DNA from: an uncultured Candidatus Peribacteria bacterium
GTDB taxonomy: Bacteria; Patescibacteriota; Gracilibacteria; UBA1369
Direction: 5' to 3'
Assembly: GCA_964624115.1 (NCBI GenBank)
Contig: CAZUXI010000006.1
Location: 1,060 to 65,059 of the forward strand
Length of the DNA stretch: 64,000 bases
This document shows positions 10,080-18,598 of this stretch, one piece after another (the first letter of the stretch is position 1; every line of letters starts with the position of its first letter). The notes below the pieces were generated by a model. That model worked only from the letters and a program-made list of their open reading frames with translations. It had not been told where the DNA came from and searched no databases. Both the position numbers and the translations under genes were made by a program.

Positions 10080-10676
10080 CTAAACTTTCCTCGTATCTAA
10101 AAATGCTTTCACCAATTTCCAAATCTTCTCATGCGTCTCCTCAATCGAAGTCGTATCCACTTTTCCCCAACCCAACTTCCCAGAAAAATCATGAAGAATT
10201 CCAGTCACTCGAGTAATCAAACCATTATTCTGTTCATGAATATGCTGTTTCTCCTGCGCTTCCGTAAAACGTTTTCCTTCAATAAGAATCGATAAATCTT
10301 CAACAAGTAATCCCTTATTCAATTCCAAAACCTCATCCAAACTCAACCCTTTCGCCATCCCCCAAGCCATTCCTGTACCAATATAATCTTCAGCAATCAC
10401 CACTTTCCCATCCATAATCATTTGCTGAAGCTGCGGTTCAAAATCCCGCCGATTCAGACAATAAAGTTCCTGCAATTCCAATTCCGAAATCTTCTGTACC
10501 TCTCCACCCCGTAAAATCCGATTCAATTCAGGCCCCGTCGGCTCCAAATCATAAATGGGATACTTCAAAAGCACCGCATCAAAACCTTCTCGCTGCAATC
10601 GTTCAACCAAAAGCTTCGCTTGTGTCGACTTCCCAATATTATTCACCCCATACAAAGCAATAAAAGCACCTTTCAT
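10080..10676 (-). CDS. Thymidylate-kinase-fold nucleotide kinase (Tmk-like)
   Basis: P-loop YGVNNIGKST at the N-terminus, about 200 aa, immediately downstream of dut. The exact substrate cannot be determined from sequence alone. Confidence 0.55.
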   Translation of the reverse strand: MKGAFIALYGVNNIGKSTQAKLLVERLQREGFDAVLLKYPIYDLEPTGPELNRILRGGEVQKISELELQELYCLNRRDFEPQLQQMIMDGKVVIAEDYIGTGMAWGMAKGLSLDEVLELNKGLLVEDLSILIEGKRFTEAQEKQHIHEQNNGLITRVTGILHDFSGKLGWGKVDTTSIEETHEKIWKLVKAFLDTRKV

Positions 10677-10684
10677 AAATTTTT

Positions 10685-11113
10685 TTAACCAGTACTCCCA
10701 AACCCCCCTCGCGAATCTTTCCTCACCAACTCTTCTTCCAGCAATTCAAACCGATCAATTTTCACAAACACCGCCTGCGCAATCCGATCCCCCCGTTTCA
10801 CCTCAACGGCCTCATCCGTAAAATTATAAACCTGAATCTTAATCTCATCTTCAGGTCCACAATAATCCTGATCAATAATCCCAATCCCATGGGGCGGTAT
10901 TAAACCCTTTTTCATCGGCGTCGAACTTCGGGAAGCGACCACCAGCATGTAACCTTCCGGCACCTCCACCACCAAATTCCCCGGCACCAAAACAATCTTC
11001 CCCGCTTCAATCACTGTATCCACCCGCGCAATCAAATCCAGCCCCACCGAACCCCGAGTTTCATACTTCGGAAGCGGTAAATCCTTATCAATCCGCTGAA
11101 CTTTAATTTTCAT
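10685..11113 (-). CDS. dut: dUTP diphosphatase
   Basis: GSVGLDL, GIIDQDYCG and a C-terminal RGGFGSTG motif; 142 aa. Confidence 0.9.
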   Translation of the reverse strand: MKIKVQRIDKDLPLPKYETRGSVGLDLIARVDTVIEAGKIVLVPGNLVVEVPEGYMLVVASRSSTPMKKGLIPPHGIGIIDQDYCGPEDEIKIQVYNFTDEAVEVKRGDRIAQAVFVKIDRFELLEEELVRKDSRGGFGSTG

Positions 11114-11219
11114 AAGAAGAAAAAACGTAAACAGCCGAAGTGTACAACCTTCAGTTTTTCGAGTAAAGTACCGTCAAGAAACGAACAGAAAAAATTCTCA
11201 AAAAAATTATTCACCTCGC

Positions 11220-12233
11220 ATGTCAGAAACCTTAAACACCCAAACCCTCCCCAAAATCGACTTCGCCGTCGGCGGCCAAGCCCTCATCGAAGGCGTTATG
11301 ATGCGCTCCCCAAACTTCATCACCGCGGCCGTCCGCAAAACCAGCGGCGATCTCACGATCAAAAAAGACCCCTTCAAATCAATCGGAGTTCGCTTCCGTT
11401 TCCTTGGAGTTCCCTTTGTCCGAGGAGTCGTGAACCTTTTTGAAATGATGATCATCGGCATGAAAATGCTCAACTTTTCTGCAACAGTCCAACTCGACGA
11501 AACCCCAGCCGAAACCATCAACACCAAAACCGAAACCGACACTACCCCAAAAATCTCCAAAACCGAACAAATCATCACCACCGCATCTTTTGTATTTTCC
11601 ATTGTTTTTGCCCTCGGCCTCAGCCTCTTCCTCTTCAAATTTCTCCCCCTCTGGATTACTGACCTCCTCAGCAAAAGCTCTACGGTCATTAAAGACAACT
11701 ACCTCGTGTACAACCTCATCGACGGCGGCATCAAAACCGTATTTTTTGTGACCTACATTGGCATTCTCGGTCTCACCCCAAGCCTCAAACGTGTTTTCCA
11801 ATACCACGGCGCTGAACACAAATCCATCTTTACCTACGAGCGCGGCCTCGAACTCACCCCAGAAAACGCCGCCAAACAAACCCGTTTCCACCCTCGCTGC
11901 GGCACCAGTTTCATCCTCGTCGTCTTCATGCTCAGTATTTTTATCTATACCTTCGTTCCAAGACACCCCGACTTTTATACCAACTTCGGCATCCGCGTCC
12001 TTTTCCTCCCCCTCATCGCCGGAATCTCCTACGAATTCCTCCGTTTCTCCGCCAAAAACCAACAAAACCGCTTGGTAAACCTTCTGACCCTCCCCGGGCT
12101 CATGTTCCAACGCCTCACCACCAAAGAACCCGACCACAGCCAACTCGAAGTCGCCCTCACCGCCCTCAAAGCCGCCCTCGAACTCGAACACCAACGAGTC
12201 CTCCAGCCACAAACAGTCCCCAACGTTCCCTAA
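11220..12233 (+). CDS. DUF1385-family (YqhQ-like) membrane-associated protein
   Basis: GGQALIEGVMMRSP near the N-terminus and the conserved YHGAEHK motif, with hydrophobic segments in between. Confidence 0.75.
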   Translation: MSETLNTQTLPKIDFAVGGQALIEGVMMRSPNFITAAVRKTSGDLTIKKDPFKSIGVRFRFLGVPFVRGVVNLFEMMIIGMKMLNFSATVQLDETPAETINTKTETDTTPKISKTEQIITTASFVFSIVFALGLSLFLFKFLPLWITDLLSKSSTVIKDNYLVYNLIDGGIKTVFFVTYIGILGLTPSLKRVFQYHGAEHKSIFTYERGLELTPENAAKQTRFHPRCGTSFILVVFMLSIFIYTFVPRHPDFYTNFGIRVLFLPLIAGISYEFLRFSAKNQQNRLVNLLTLPGLMFQRLTTKEPDHSQLEVALTALKAALELEHQRVLQPQTVPNVP

Positions 12234-12249
12234 AGAAACCAGCCCCACC

Positions 12250-12537
12250 ATGTCCGAACGCCTCAAACAAAACCTCCCCATCATCATAGCGGTGCTCATC
12301 AGCACCGCCGCCCTCATCTACTATCTCCAAAGTGGGGGACTGAGCTTCGACCAAAAAATCCAAGAACTCAAACAATCCCCAACCGTCGAAAACGTCAGCA
12401 TGGAGTCCAGAAACCGCATCACCATCAAATGCAAAAACGGCACCTCCTACGAACTCCTCTTCAAAAAAGACAACCCCAACTTCGAACAGCTCATCTTTAA
12501 CGCCTGTGGCGCAGAAGGAACTCAAGAATCTGAGTAA
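12250..12537 (+). CDS. Small N-terminally membrane-anchored hypothetical protein (95 aa)
   Basis: ATG lies 16 nt after the DUF1385 stop. One hydrophobic helix (LPIIIAVLISTAALIYYL). Confidence 0.55.
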   Translation: MSERLKQNLPIIIAVLISTAALIYYLQSGGLSFDQKIQELKQSPTVENVSMESRNRITIKCKNGTSYELLFKKDNPNFEQLIFNACGAEGTQESE

Positions 12538-12538
12538 T

Positions 12539-12591
12539 TGGGAGCAAAGATCGAAGATTATGAAAAGCGCTGTCGATGGATCTTCCAATCC
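12539..12591 (+). repeat. Bipartite intergenic repeat copy (GGGAGCAAAGA, 26 nt, TGGATCTTCCAATCC)
   Basis: Starts 2 nt after the stop at 12537 and lies directly to the left of GC-rich island 1. Confidence 0.55.
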
Positions 12592-12599
12592 GTTTATTA

Positions 12600-12628
12600 T
12601 TGACAAAAGTAGTAAATGTACCTATTTT
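12600..12628 (+). promoter_or_regulatory. Candidate sigma70-type promoter (TTGACA, 17 nt, TATTTT)
   Basis: A perfect -35 hexamer at 12600-12605 and a -10-like hexamer at 12623-12628. It would give a leader of about 195 nt for the 12829 gene. Confidence 0.35.
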
Positions 12629-12828
12629 GCGCTCCACTCTCTCACGAGCGCCCTTTGAAAAACCAGAAAAGTCGAAGCCGGTAAAAATTTGTCCGTGCGA
12701 GAAAAGGTGTAAAAAAGCTCAGAGTAATCCGAGAAATTTTCCCTAATCGTGCCCGGACAGATGTCTTGCCGTGCTTCGCTTTACTAACATATTTTCACTC
12801 CAATGCGGCTTTGCCGCGAAAGGTTGTC

Positions 12829-14352
12829 ATGTCCACATCAAACCATGACCCACCCCCAGTGAAAACTGGGAAAGAGGTCGAGCCGCGCTTGGGCGCGGCC
12901 ACCTGGGAGGGGCGTAAAGCTCTCCTTGCTGAGGTACTTGAAGTGTACCCAGTAAAGAGCCTTTATCGCTTCTTGCTGCTTCACCTCCTTGCGCCTGAAA
13001 AGGCCAAGAGCCACGCTGAAGCGGCAGTGAGCGAAAAGAACCGCGATGAATACCCTCGCGGATACGACCTCGCAATCGCGCTCGACCGAATCGAGCAAAA
13101 CAAACGTCCCCGTTTCAACTGGGGCAACCGAAAGAGCGACTGGGACATCACCATTACGCTCCTTCTTCTCGAGCCGGGATCGTTCGTGGTTGAAGACCTA
13201 CTCGATGAAAACTCGAGGCAGTATTTCACGGTGCCGTTGCTGCTCAAGCTCTATCCTGAGCTCAAGCAGCGGGTACTCTTCCACCTCGCTCAGGCGAAGA
13301 GCGGAAGCTGGGAGCATCTCCTTGAGCTCCAAGGGATGGGGCACATCGGGCATGAAGACCTTAATTATGTGTACGAGAACCTACGCGCAGAGGGGAAATC
13401 TCGTCTCACACAACTCAAGCCCGACCACATCGGCAGCCTCGCCCGTCTCACGGGTAACACCGAACTGCTGGCCCTCTACCGGAGCAAAACCCCACTCTAC
13501 GAGCGTTTCCTCCAGGGAGATGTGACGAGTGACGAGCTCACCAAACTGCATGCCGATCTCCAAAAAGATCGCAACTGCCACGAGTGCAACCCCCGTGAAT
13601 TCTTCCGGGCCTGCGGGCAGGTCGTTCAGGTCAACCCTGAGGCAGTTACCAAGCTTATCGAGCTAGGAAAAAAACTCCTCGCGAGTGTAGAGCGCCTGCA
13701 AACTCAGCGGCAGGAAGTGCTGGAAGCGCTCGTAGGTCTCCATGGGAAGGTTGAAGACGAGGTGCTCGTTGGGGTAGTGGAGAATTTCCTCTACGTCCTC
13801 TACAAGACATCGAGCCTGGAGATAAACCTTCTCCCGCTCACGGCGTCTCAGCTTCACTTGCTCTGGGACGCTGCCCGTCGTACGGCCATGCACTGGTCCT
13901 GGCGTCGTGTTTGGCCTGAAACGGCTGAGCAAAAGAAACAATTCCAGAAGTGGGTAGCTCAACAGAGCCCCATCAAGGAACATGACGGCGAGTGGATCGT
14001 CCCGTGCGTCAGTGAGCAGCTCATTCATCTTGAGGAGCTCCAGCGGGCAACCCCTCCATTTCAAGTGCTCCTGGGACTGACGCACTTGTCCCATCCTGAG
14101 GTTCAAGCCTGGCTGCCAGCACAGCTGGACAAGCCCGCGGAACTCCAAACCTGCGGAGACACCAAGCTCCTGGATCTCCTTCGTCGATTTCCATCGCTCT
14201 TGATCAGCGTTTCAACTGCAGTCAAAACCCGTAATAAAAAACCGGGTAAGCGCCTCACGGACCTCATCAACAAGCTCGAATCCGAGTCAGCCGCCAAGCG
14301 TCCCGCAAGCAAGGTGCGAGGCGCGAAAAAGCCCCGAGCCAAGCGCAAGTGA
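12829..14352 (+). CDS. ORFan protein (507 aa from ATG 12829) in a GC-rich island, with a Lys/Arg-rich C-terminal tail
   Basis: It is the only long ORF in this segment. No motif is recognised. The tail is KRPASKVRGAKKPRAKRK. One hand-counted line (13021-13080) has 36/60 G+C, against 21/60 for line 14581-14640. Confidence 0.65.
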   Translation: MSTSNHDPPPVKTGKEVEPRLGAATWEGRKALLAEVLEVYPVKSLYRFLLLHLLAPEKAKSHAEAAVSEKNRDEYPRGYDLAIALDRIEQNKRPRFNWGNRKSDWDITITLLLLEPGSFVVEDLLDENSRQYFTVPLLLKLYPELKQRVLFHLAQAKSGSWEHLLELQGMGHIGHEDLNYVYENLRAEGKSRLTQLKPDHIGSLARLTGNTELLALYRSKTPLYERFLQGDVTSDELTKLHADLQKDRNCHECNPREFFRACGQVVQVNPEAVTKLIELGKKLLASVERLQTQRQEVLEALVGLHGKVEDEVLVGVVENFLYVLYKTSSLEINLLPLTASQLHLLWDAARRTAMHWSWRRVWPETAEQKKQFQKWVAQQSPIKEHDGEWIVPCVSEQLIHLEELQRATPPFQVLLGLTHLSHPEVQAWLPAQLDKPAELQTCGDTKLLDLLRRFPSLLISVSTAVKTRNKKPGKRLTDLINKLESESAAKRPASKVRGAKKPRAKRK

Positions 14353-14358
14353 ACCACA

Positions 14359-14450
14359 GCCGGAGTGAGACAATCTCACACGCCCTCACTCCGGCCCGAG
14401 CAGGCAAGACAAGACCTGACCCGCGGGAACGAAAGTTCTCGCGGGTTGTT
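14359..14450 (+). terminator. Two consecutive strong hairpins after the island-1 gene
   Basis: GCCGGAGTGAG (14359-14369) pairs perfectly with CTCACTCCGGC (14385-14395). CCCGCGGGAAC, a GAAA loop, and GTTCTCGCGGG span 14420-14445, followed by TTGTT. Confidence 0.55.
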
Positions 14451-14514
14451 CGCCATATACCAATTCACTCATCAAGAAAATTACAGTCTTTGGCGATTAA
14501 AATACTACGGCAAA

Positions 14515-14543
14515 TTGACAAAATATTAAAAATATTTTATTGT
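14515..14543 (+). promoter_or_regulatory. Candidate sigma70-type promoter (TTGACA, 17 nt, TATTGT)
   Basis: -35 at 14515-14520 and -10 at 14538-14543, 31 nt before ATG 14574. The spacer contains the inverted repeat AAAATATT/AATATTTT. Confidence 0.4.
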
Positions 14544-14573
14544 AAAGAGAGCATATCGTTACCTGAAGTAAAT

Positions 14574-14984
14574 ATGAGTATTCCAGAGATAAGAGAAGAT
14601 AATGATCGGTTGATTGCTCAACGTGATGAGAAATTAAATGTCAAAAAAAATTCTGAACAAGCAATAGAACTTCAACAAGCAAAAACTGCTCTTGAAATTT
14701 ATCTTCAAGAGCGCAATCCAACCTCAATACAAGAACTCAAAGACGCATTAAACGATTTTTCTGCAATAACAAAAGCAGTTTTTAGTGATCATGGGAAAGT
14801 GACTCAACAAAAACAGTTACCTGGTGATCCGATCAAGGTTTTTATTTTTCCGAAAAGTGATCACAAATCATCAGAGGTCGCAGTATTTATTTCCTATGAT
14901 TCTTTGGTAGGATTTAATATTCAGCTTTATTATAGAACCATGCTACCAAACGACACTGATACACCTTGGTATATGGTAGGTTAA
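14574..14984 (+). CDS. ORFan protein (136 aa), AT-rich
   Basis: The listed ORF is 14349..14984. The first ATG, at 14574, lies downstream of the promoter-like site. No motif is recognised. Confidence 0.5.
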   Translation: MSIPEIREDNDRLIAQRDEKLNVKKNSEQAIELQQAKTALEIYLQERNPTSIQELKDALNDFSAITKAVFSDHGKVTQQKQLPGDPIKVFIFPKSDHKSSEVAVFISYDSLVGFNIQLYYRTMLPNDTDTPWYMVG

Positions 14985-15021
14985 GGAGATAAATTTTTAC
15001 CAACGTAAGTGGAAGAAAAAA

Positions 15022-15050
15022 GGCTCAATTCCCAACAAGAGAATCGAGCC
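15022..15050. terminator. Bidirectional intrinsic terminator between convergent genes
   Basis: GGCTCAATTC pairs with GAATCGAGCC (one mismatch). An A-run lies on the left and a T-run on the right. Confidence 0.6.
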
Positions 15051-15070
15051 TTTTTATAATTTCCTAAACT

Positions 15071-15775
15071 CTATTTCAACTCAGTCATCGCTGAAGCCAT
15101 ATCGAGTTTTACGCCAGGACCCATAGTGGTCGCAAGGCTAATATTTTGAATATAAGTCCCTTTCACAGTTGAAGGTTTAGAATCCACCACCGCTTTAATG
15201 AAAGTCTTGAGGTTGTCTTTCAACTGATCTTCAGTGAAAGAAACTTTTCCAAATACCTGGTGAATCTGACCAAGTTTGTCCGTTCGGTATTCCACACGAC
15301 CTTTTTTAATCTCGGCGATAGTCTTTTCAATATCCATAGTAACTGTTCCTGCCTTTGGATTTGGCATCAAACCTTTAGTACCGAGAATTTTTGCCACTTT
15401 ACTCAAACTTTTCATTGCGTCCGGAGTAGCTACGGCAACATCAAAGTCCAAAAATCCTTTGACGATCTCTTCAATAAGCTCATCCATGCCGGCTTTAACG
15501 GCACCAGCAGCAGTTGCCTCTTTTACTTTATCTTCGGCTACAAAAGCAATCACCCGAACGGTTTTACCAGTACCATGAGGTAAAGCGATGGTTGAACGAA
15601 CCATCTGATCCGCATGGGTTGGATCTACTCCAAGTTTCATGTGAATTTCACAGCTAGAATCAAATTTGGTGACGGAAGTTTCTTTCAAAAGCTTAATGGC
15701 TTCATCAAGAGAAACAGCAGTAACACCTTCAAGCTTCTTAAGAGCTTGTTCATATTTTTTTCCACGTTTTGCCAT
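15071..15775 (-). CDS. rplA: 50S ribosomal protein L1
   Basis: The product MAKRGKKYEQALK... has typical L1 sequence and length. ATG at 15775. Confidence 0.9.
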   Translation of the reverse strand: MAKRGKKYEQALKKLEGVTAVSLDEAIKLLKETSVTKFDSSCEIHMKLGVDPTHADQMVRSTIALPHGTGKTVRVIAFVAEDKVKEATAAGAVKAGMDELIEEIVKGFLDFDVAVATPDAMKSLSKVAKILGTKGLMPNPKAGTVTMDIEKTIAEIKKGRVEYRTDKLGQIHQVFGKVSFTEDQLKDNLKTFIKAVVDSKPSTVKGTYIQNISLATTMGPGVKLDMASAMTELK

Positions 15776-15833
15776 ATAATATTGGGTTAAATGGTGCAAA
15801 CGGCCCTAAGGCCTCCCATAAATAGATATAAAT

Positions 15834-16292
15834 TTAGCTAACTTTTTTCTCTTTCCGACGGTATTCGCGTTGGATAATCATCCAGTGGAATAACCAGACC
15901 GGTAAGCCAACAACAATCTGAGCGAGTGAAATTGAAAACTCTCGACCAATTCTGTTTTTCATCTGTTGTTGATTCTGCTGTTCCAAACGTTCTTCGCATT
16001 TTTTTATCTCTTCCGGAGTTCGGGTCATCAATGCTGGAACATTAGGATCGGCATTTTTTAACATACTCGTATCATCACAAGGTCCGGTGCCAAGCGGACT
16101 TACATAAAAATAATCAGACTCGTTCACTTGAAACACAAAATTCATGAGGACATTATTCGTAATTCCCACACATCCGATAATAAAGGTAATAAGACCAATC
16201 ATTGAAACCAAATAGAGATAAACATTTCGTATCACTTGAAACGAACGATGTTTATCATGGTGTTCAGCCGGATGGAGAGACGCTTTGGGCAT
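15834..16292 (-). CDS. Two-TM membrane protein of unknown function, inserted between rplK and rplA
   Basis: ORF 15834..16310, with ATG at 16292; an alternative TTG at 16310 would overlap the rplK stop. Hydrophobic helices are VYLYLVSMIGLITFIIGCVGI and LAQIVVGLPVWLFHWMII. Confidence 0.6.
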   Translation of the reverse strand: MPKASLHPAEHHDKHRSFQVIRNVYLYLVSMIGLITFIIGCVGITNNVLMNFVFQVNESDYFYVSPLGTGPCDDTSMLKNADPNVPALMTRTPEEIKKCEERLEQQNQQQMKNRIGREFSISLAQIVVGLPVWLFHWMIIQREYRRKEKKVS

Positions 16293-16302
16293 GAAAGAAA
16301 AA

Positions 16303-16725
16303 TTATTCAACTTTTACTCCCATACTTCGAGCCGTACCCATAATACTGTTCATAGCAGTTTCAACCGTAGCAGCAGTAAGATCAGGCATTTTTTGTTCAG
16401 CAATTTGACGAACCTGGTCCATCGTAAGGGTACCAACTTTTGTCTTATTAGGTACTCCTGAACCTTTTGGAATCCCTAAAGCTTTCATAATCAAAACGGC
16501 AGCTGGAGGTGTTTTGGTAATAAAAGTGAAACTTTTATCCTCAAAAACGGTAATCTCAACCGGGACAATGGTATCACCCATTGGTGCGGTAAGCGCGTTA
16601 AATTGACTACAGAAGTTTGGAATGTTTACCCCGTGCTGACCCAAAGCGGGACCAATTGGAGGTGCTGGATTTGCTTTACCTGCAGCGATTTGCAGTTTGA
16701 TAATGGTGTGTACTTTCTTAGCCAT
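16303..16725 (-). CDS. rplK: 50S ribosomal protein L11
   Basis: [27 protein letters not shown] is a canonical L11 N-terminus. Confidence 0.92.
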   Translation of the reverse strand: MAKKVHTIIKLQIAAGKANPAPPIGPALGQHGVNIPNFCSQFNALTAPMGDTIVPVEITVFEDKSFTFITKTPPAAVLIMKALGIPKGSGVPNKTKVGTLTMDQVRQIAEQKMPDLTAATVETAMNSIMGTARSMGVKVE

Positions 16726-16730
16726 AATAT

Positions 16731-17408
16731 TTAGAGTACTTTAGGTAATAGTGATAGAAGCATTTTGGCCGAGGCATGATATTCCTTCGGGTAAGCAAAA
16801 GCATACACATTCCCCCCTTGGTTGACAACTAAAAATGCACGGGTCTTTTGCTCCAAAAAATTTAAATAAAACGAGTTGTCGCCAAACTCATTAGTTTCGT
16901 TCAGTGAAGCATTGGTCGCTCCCTTGGCTTTTTCCTTTAAAAAAAGATAAACCTCTTTGGAAAGAAGGAAGCTGCTTGATGAAAATTCATAGAGGGTAGC
17001 TATTTTTTCCTGATTATTTTTTAAGAGGTGGTGTTGAAATACATTCACACTTTTGAGGTCGCGTAAGTCCAGCGCTTCAAAAATGAACCCATTAAACGGA
17101 ACACGTTGGAGTGTCATATCTTGAAAACCCGCTTGTTGGATAAGTCCAAATTTGATTTTCATCGCTGCATTATCGGGAAGCGTATTGAATGCAGGTAAAG
17201 ATTTGGTATCGGCTGAAACACTCGTTGTGTGTTTTTTTGGGGCACTATTCTGGGGTTTCACAAGGCCCTCAATTTGGGTTTGTAAAGCACTACTAAAAAC
17301 CTGTTGGCGTAAATCAGGGATACCTTCATAGTCATGACTGAGGATCTCAGCAAAAACAACCACAATGACCACAACAATAAACAGGGAAAAGAGGTTGAAT
17401 TTGGACAT
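16731..17408 (-). CDS. N-terminally anchored hypothetical protein (225 aa), inserted between nusG and rplK
   Basis: N-terminal helix [18 protein letters not shown]. No other motif. The intergenic gaps are 5 and 23 nt. Confidence 0.6.
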   Translation of the reverse strand: MSKFNLFSLFIVVVIVVVFAEILSHDYEGIPDLRQQVFSSALQTQIEGLVKPQNSAPKKHTTSVSADTKSLPAFNTLPDNAAMKIKFGLIQQAGFQDMTLQRVPFNGFIFEALDLRDLKSVNVFQHHLLKNNQEKIATLYEFSSSSFLLSKEVYLFLKEKAKGATNASLNETNEFGDNSFYLNFLEQKTRAFLVVNQGGNVYAFAYPKEYHASAKMLLSLLPKVL

Positions 17409-17431
17409 GCTTACGGAGGGGTCAGCAATGA

Positions 17432-17977
17432 CTACTTCTTTTTAACCTGGGTGAAATCAAGTTCAACAGGTGTTTCGCGACCGAAGAGGCTAATGAGAAC
17501 CTTGATTTTACCTTTCTCTTCATCAACTTTATTCACCAGACCATCGTAGTTGACAAACGGACCATCGAGAATAATAACGTTTTCACCAACCGCAAAATCA
17601 ATTTTGAATTTAGGTTCGGCTTCACCCATCCGTTTCTTAATCACTTTGAACTCGTCAGGTGAAACGGGCACAGGTGTAGTTCCTGAGCCTACAAACCCCG
17701 TAACGTTTGGTGTGTTTCGTACAACATACCATGAGTCATCGGTTACAATCATTTCAACTAAAACATAACCAGGAAAAATACGTTTCATTTCAGTCTTAGG
17801 TTCTCCTTTTTTAATCACAATCTGGGTTTCTTTCGGTACAACAACGTCAAAAATCATTTCCTGCATGCCAAGAGATTCGATACGCTGAAGAAGTGCTTCA
17901 CGTACTGCATCCTCATAGCCTGAATAGGTATGGACCACATACCAATGACGACCGGTATTTTCTGCTTGTTTTGCCAT
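17432..17977 (-). CDS. nusG: Transcription termination/antitermination factor NusG
   Basis: WYVVHTYSGYE NGN start and a C-terminal KOW region (GPFVNYDGLV). Confidence 0.9.
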   Translation of the reverse strand: MAKQAENTGRHWYVVHTYSGYEDAVREALLQRIESLGMQEMIFDVVVPKETQIVIKKGEPKTEMKRIFPGYVLVEMIVTDDSWYVVRNTPNVTGFVGSGTTPVPVSPDEFKVIKKRMGEAEPKFKIDFAVGENVIILDGPFVNYDGLVNKVDEEKGKIKVLISLFGRETPVELDFTQVKKK

Positions 17978-18022
17978 GGTAACAAAAATTATTGAACGAA
18001 GAAACGATGCGAGGGGGAATTT

Positions 18023-18394
18023 TTACTGTTGAGTCTGAGAAGTGGCCTGAGTAACTTGAGAAGTCTGTTGGGTCCCTTGCTGAGTGGACTCTTGAGTGGA
18101 AACCTGAACTTCAGAAATAGGGTTGGTGGTAAGAGGTGTTTCTTCAACAACCGCAGGAGGAACAGTGTCAACAAGTGCTCGATAACCAGAATTAAGTACA
18201 AAATCCAAAAGGCCAATGATTGCAGCAGCAGCAAAACAAAAGCCAAGCACGAGAATCGTGAGTCGAATCGCTTGCTGTTTGGTAGGCCAGGTAACTTTTC
18301 GAAGCTCTTCAAAACTATCCTTAACATAATTCACTGGACCGCCCTCATTCTTGGTTGAACTGTTTTTTGTTGATGGAGTGTTCTCTTTGCTCAT
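18023..18394 (-). CDS. secE: Preprotein translocase subunit SecE with a Gln/Thr-rich C-terminal extension
   Basis: From ATG 18394: ELRKVTWPTKQQ followed by a single TM, in the canonical position upstream of nusG. The tail reads ...STQESTQQGTQQTSQVTQATSQTQQ. Confidence 0.75.
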   Translation of the reverse strand: MSKENTPSTKNSSTKNEGGPVNYVKDSFEELRKVTWPTKQQAIRLTILVLGFCFAAAAIIGLLDFVLNSGYRALVDTVPPAVVEETPLTTNPISEVQVSTQESTQQGTQQTSQVTQATSQTQQ

Positions 18395-18598
18395 GGGAAA
18401 TATAAGTATTAAACATGTTTCGTAACCAGATCTTGATGAAAAATTTGCTACTTTGAAAAAGACCCCGAAACCACCGAGAAGTATACAAAGGATGCTGATG
18501 GAATGCAAGAAAACTTTCATCCACAATGTTTTATATTGCCAGAGGAACACCTGCTTGGATATAATCGAACGCGTTAATTTATAATTTTCATTTTTAAC

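Noticed and set aside
10034-10216. 60-aa ORF spanning the repeat copy and the 3' end of the Tmk-like gene
   Set aside because: It overlaps a well-supported gene on the opposite strand and the non-coding repeat. Its product is P/S-rich and low complexity.
11379-12606. Antisense ORFs of 312 aa and 146 aa opposite the DUF1385 gene and its downstream neighbour
   Set aside because: The cause is the same compositional effect (a C-rich sense strand). The products are G/E/F/V-rich low complexity, while the sense frame has the conserved GGQALIEGVMM and YHGAEHK motifs.
12827-14357. Several 60-160 aa ORFs on both strands inside GC-rich island 1, and the 197-aa and 157-aa ORFs at 54093-54917 in island 2
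   Set aside because: High GC lowers stop-codon frequency in all frames. These products are Arg/Pro/Ser/Gly-rich. In each island only one frame gives a long, compositionally normal protein with a plausible start and RBS.
18395-18598. A tRNA (often tRNA-Trp) or other RNA gene expected upstream of secE
   Set aside because: No acceptor or T-arm pattern (GTTCGAATC-like), and no cloverleaf, could be folded from either strand. The region looks like a plain divergent promoter.
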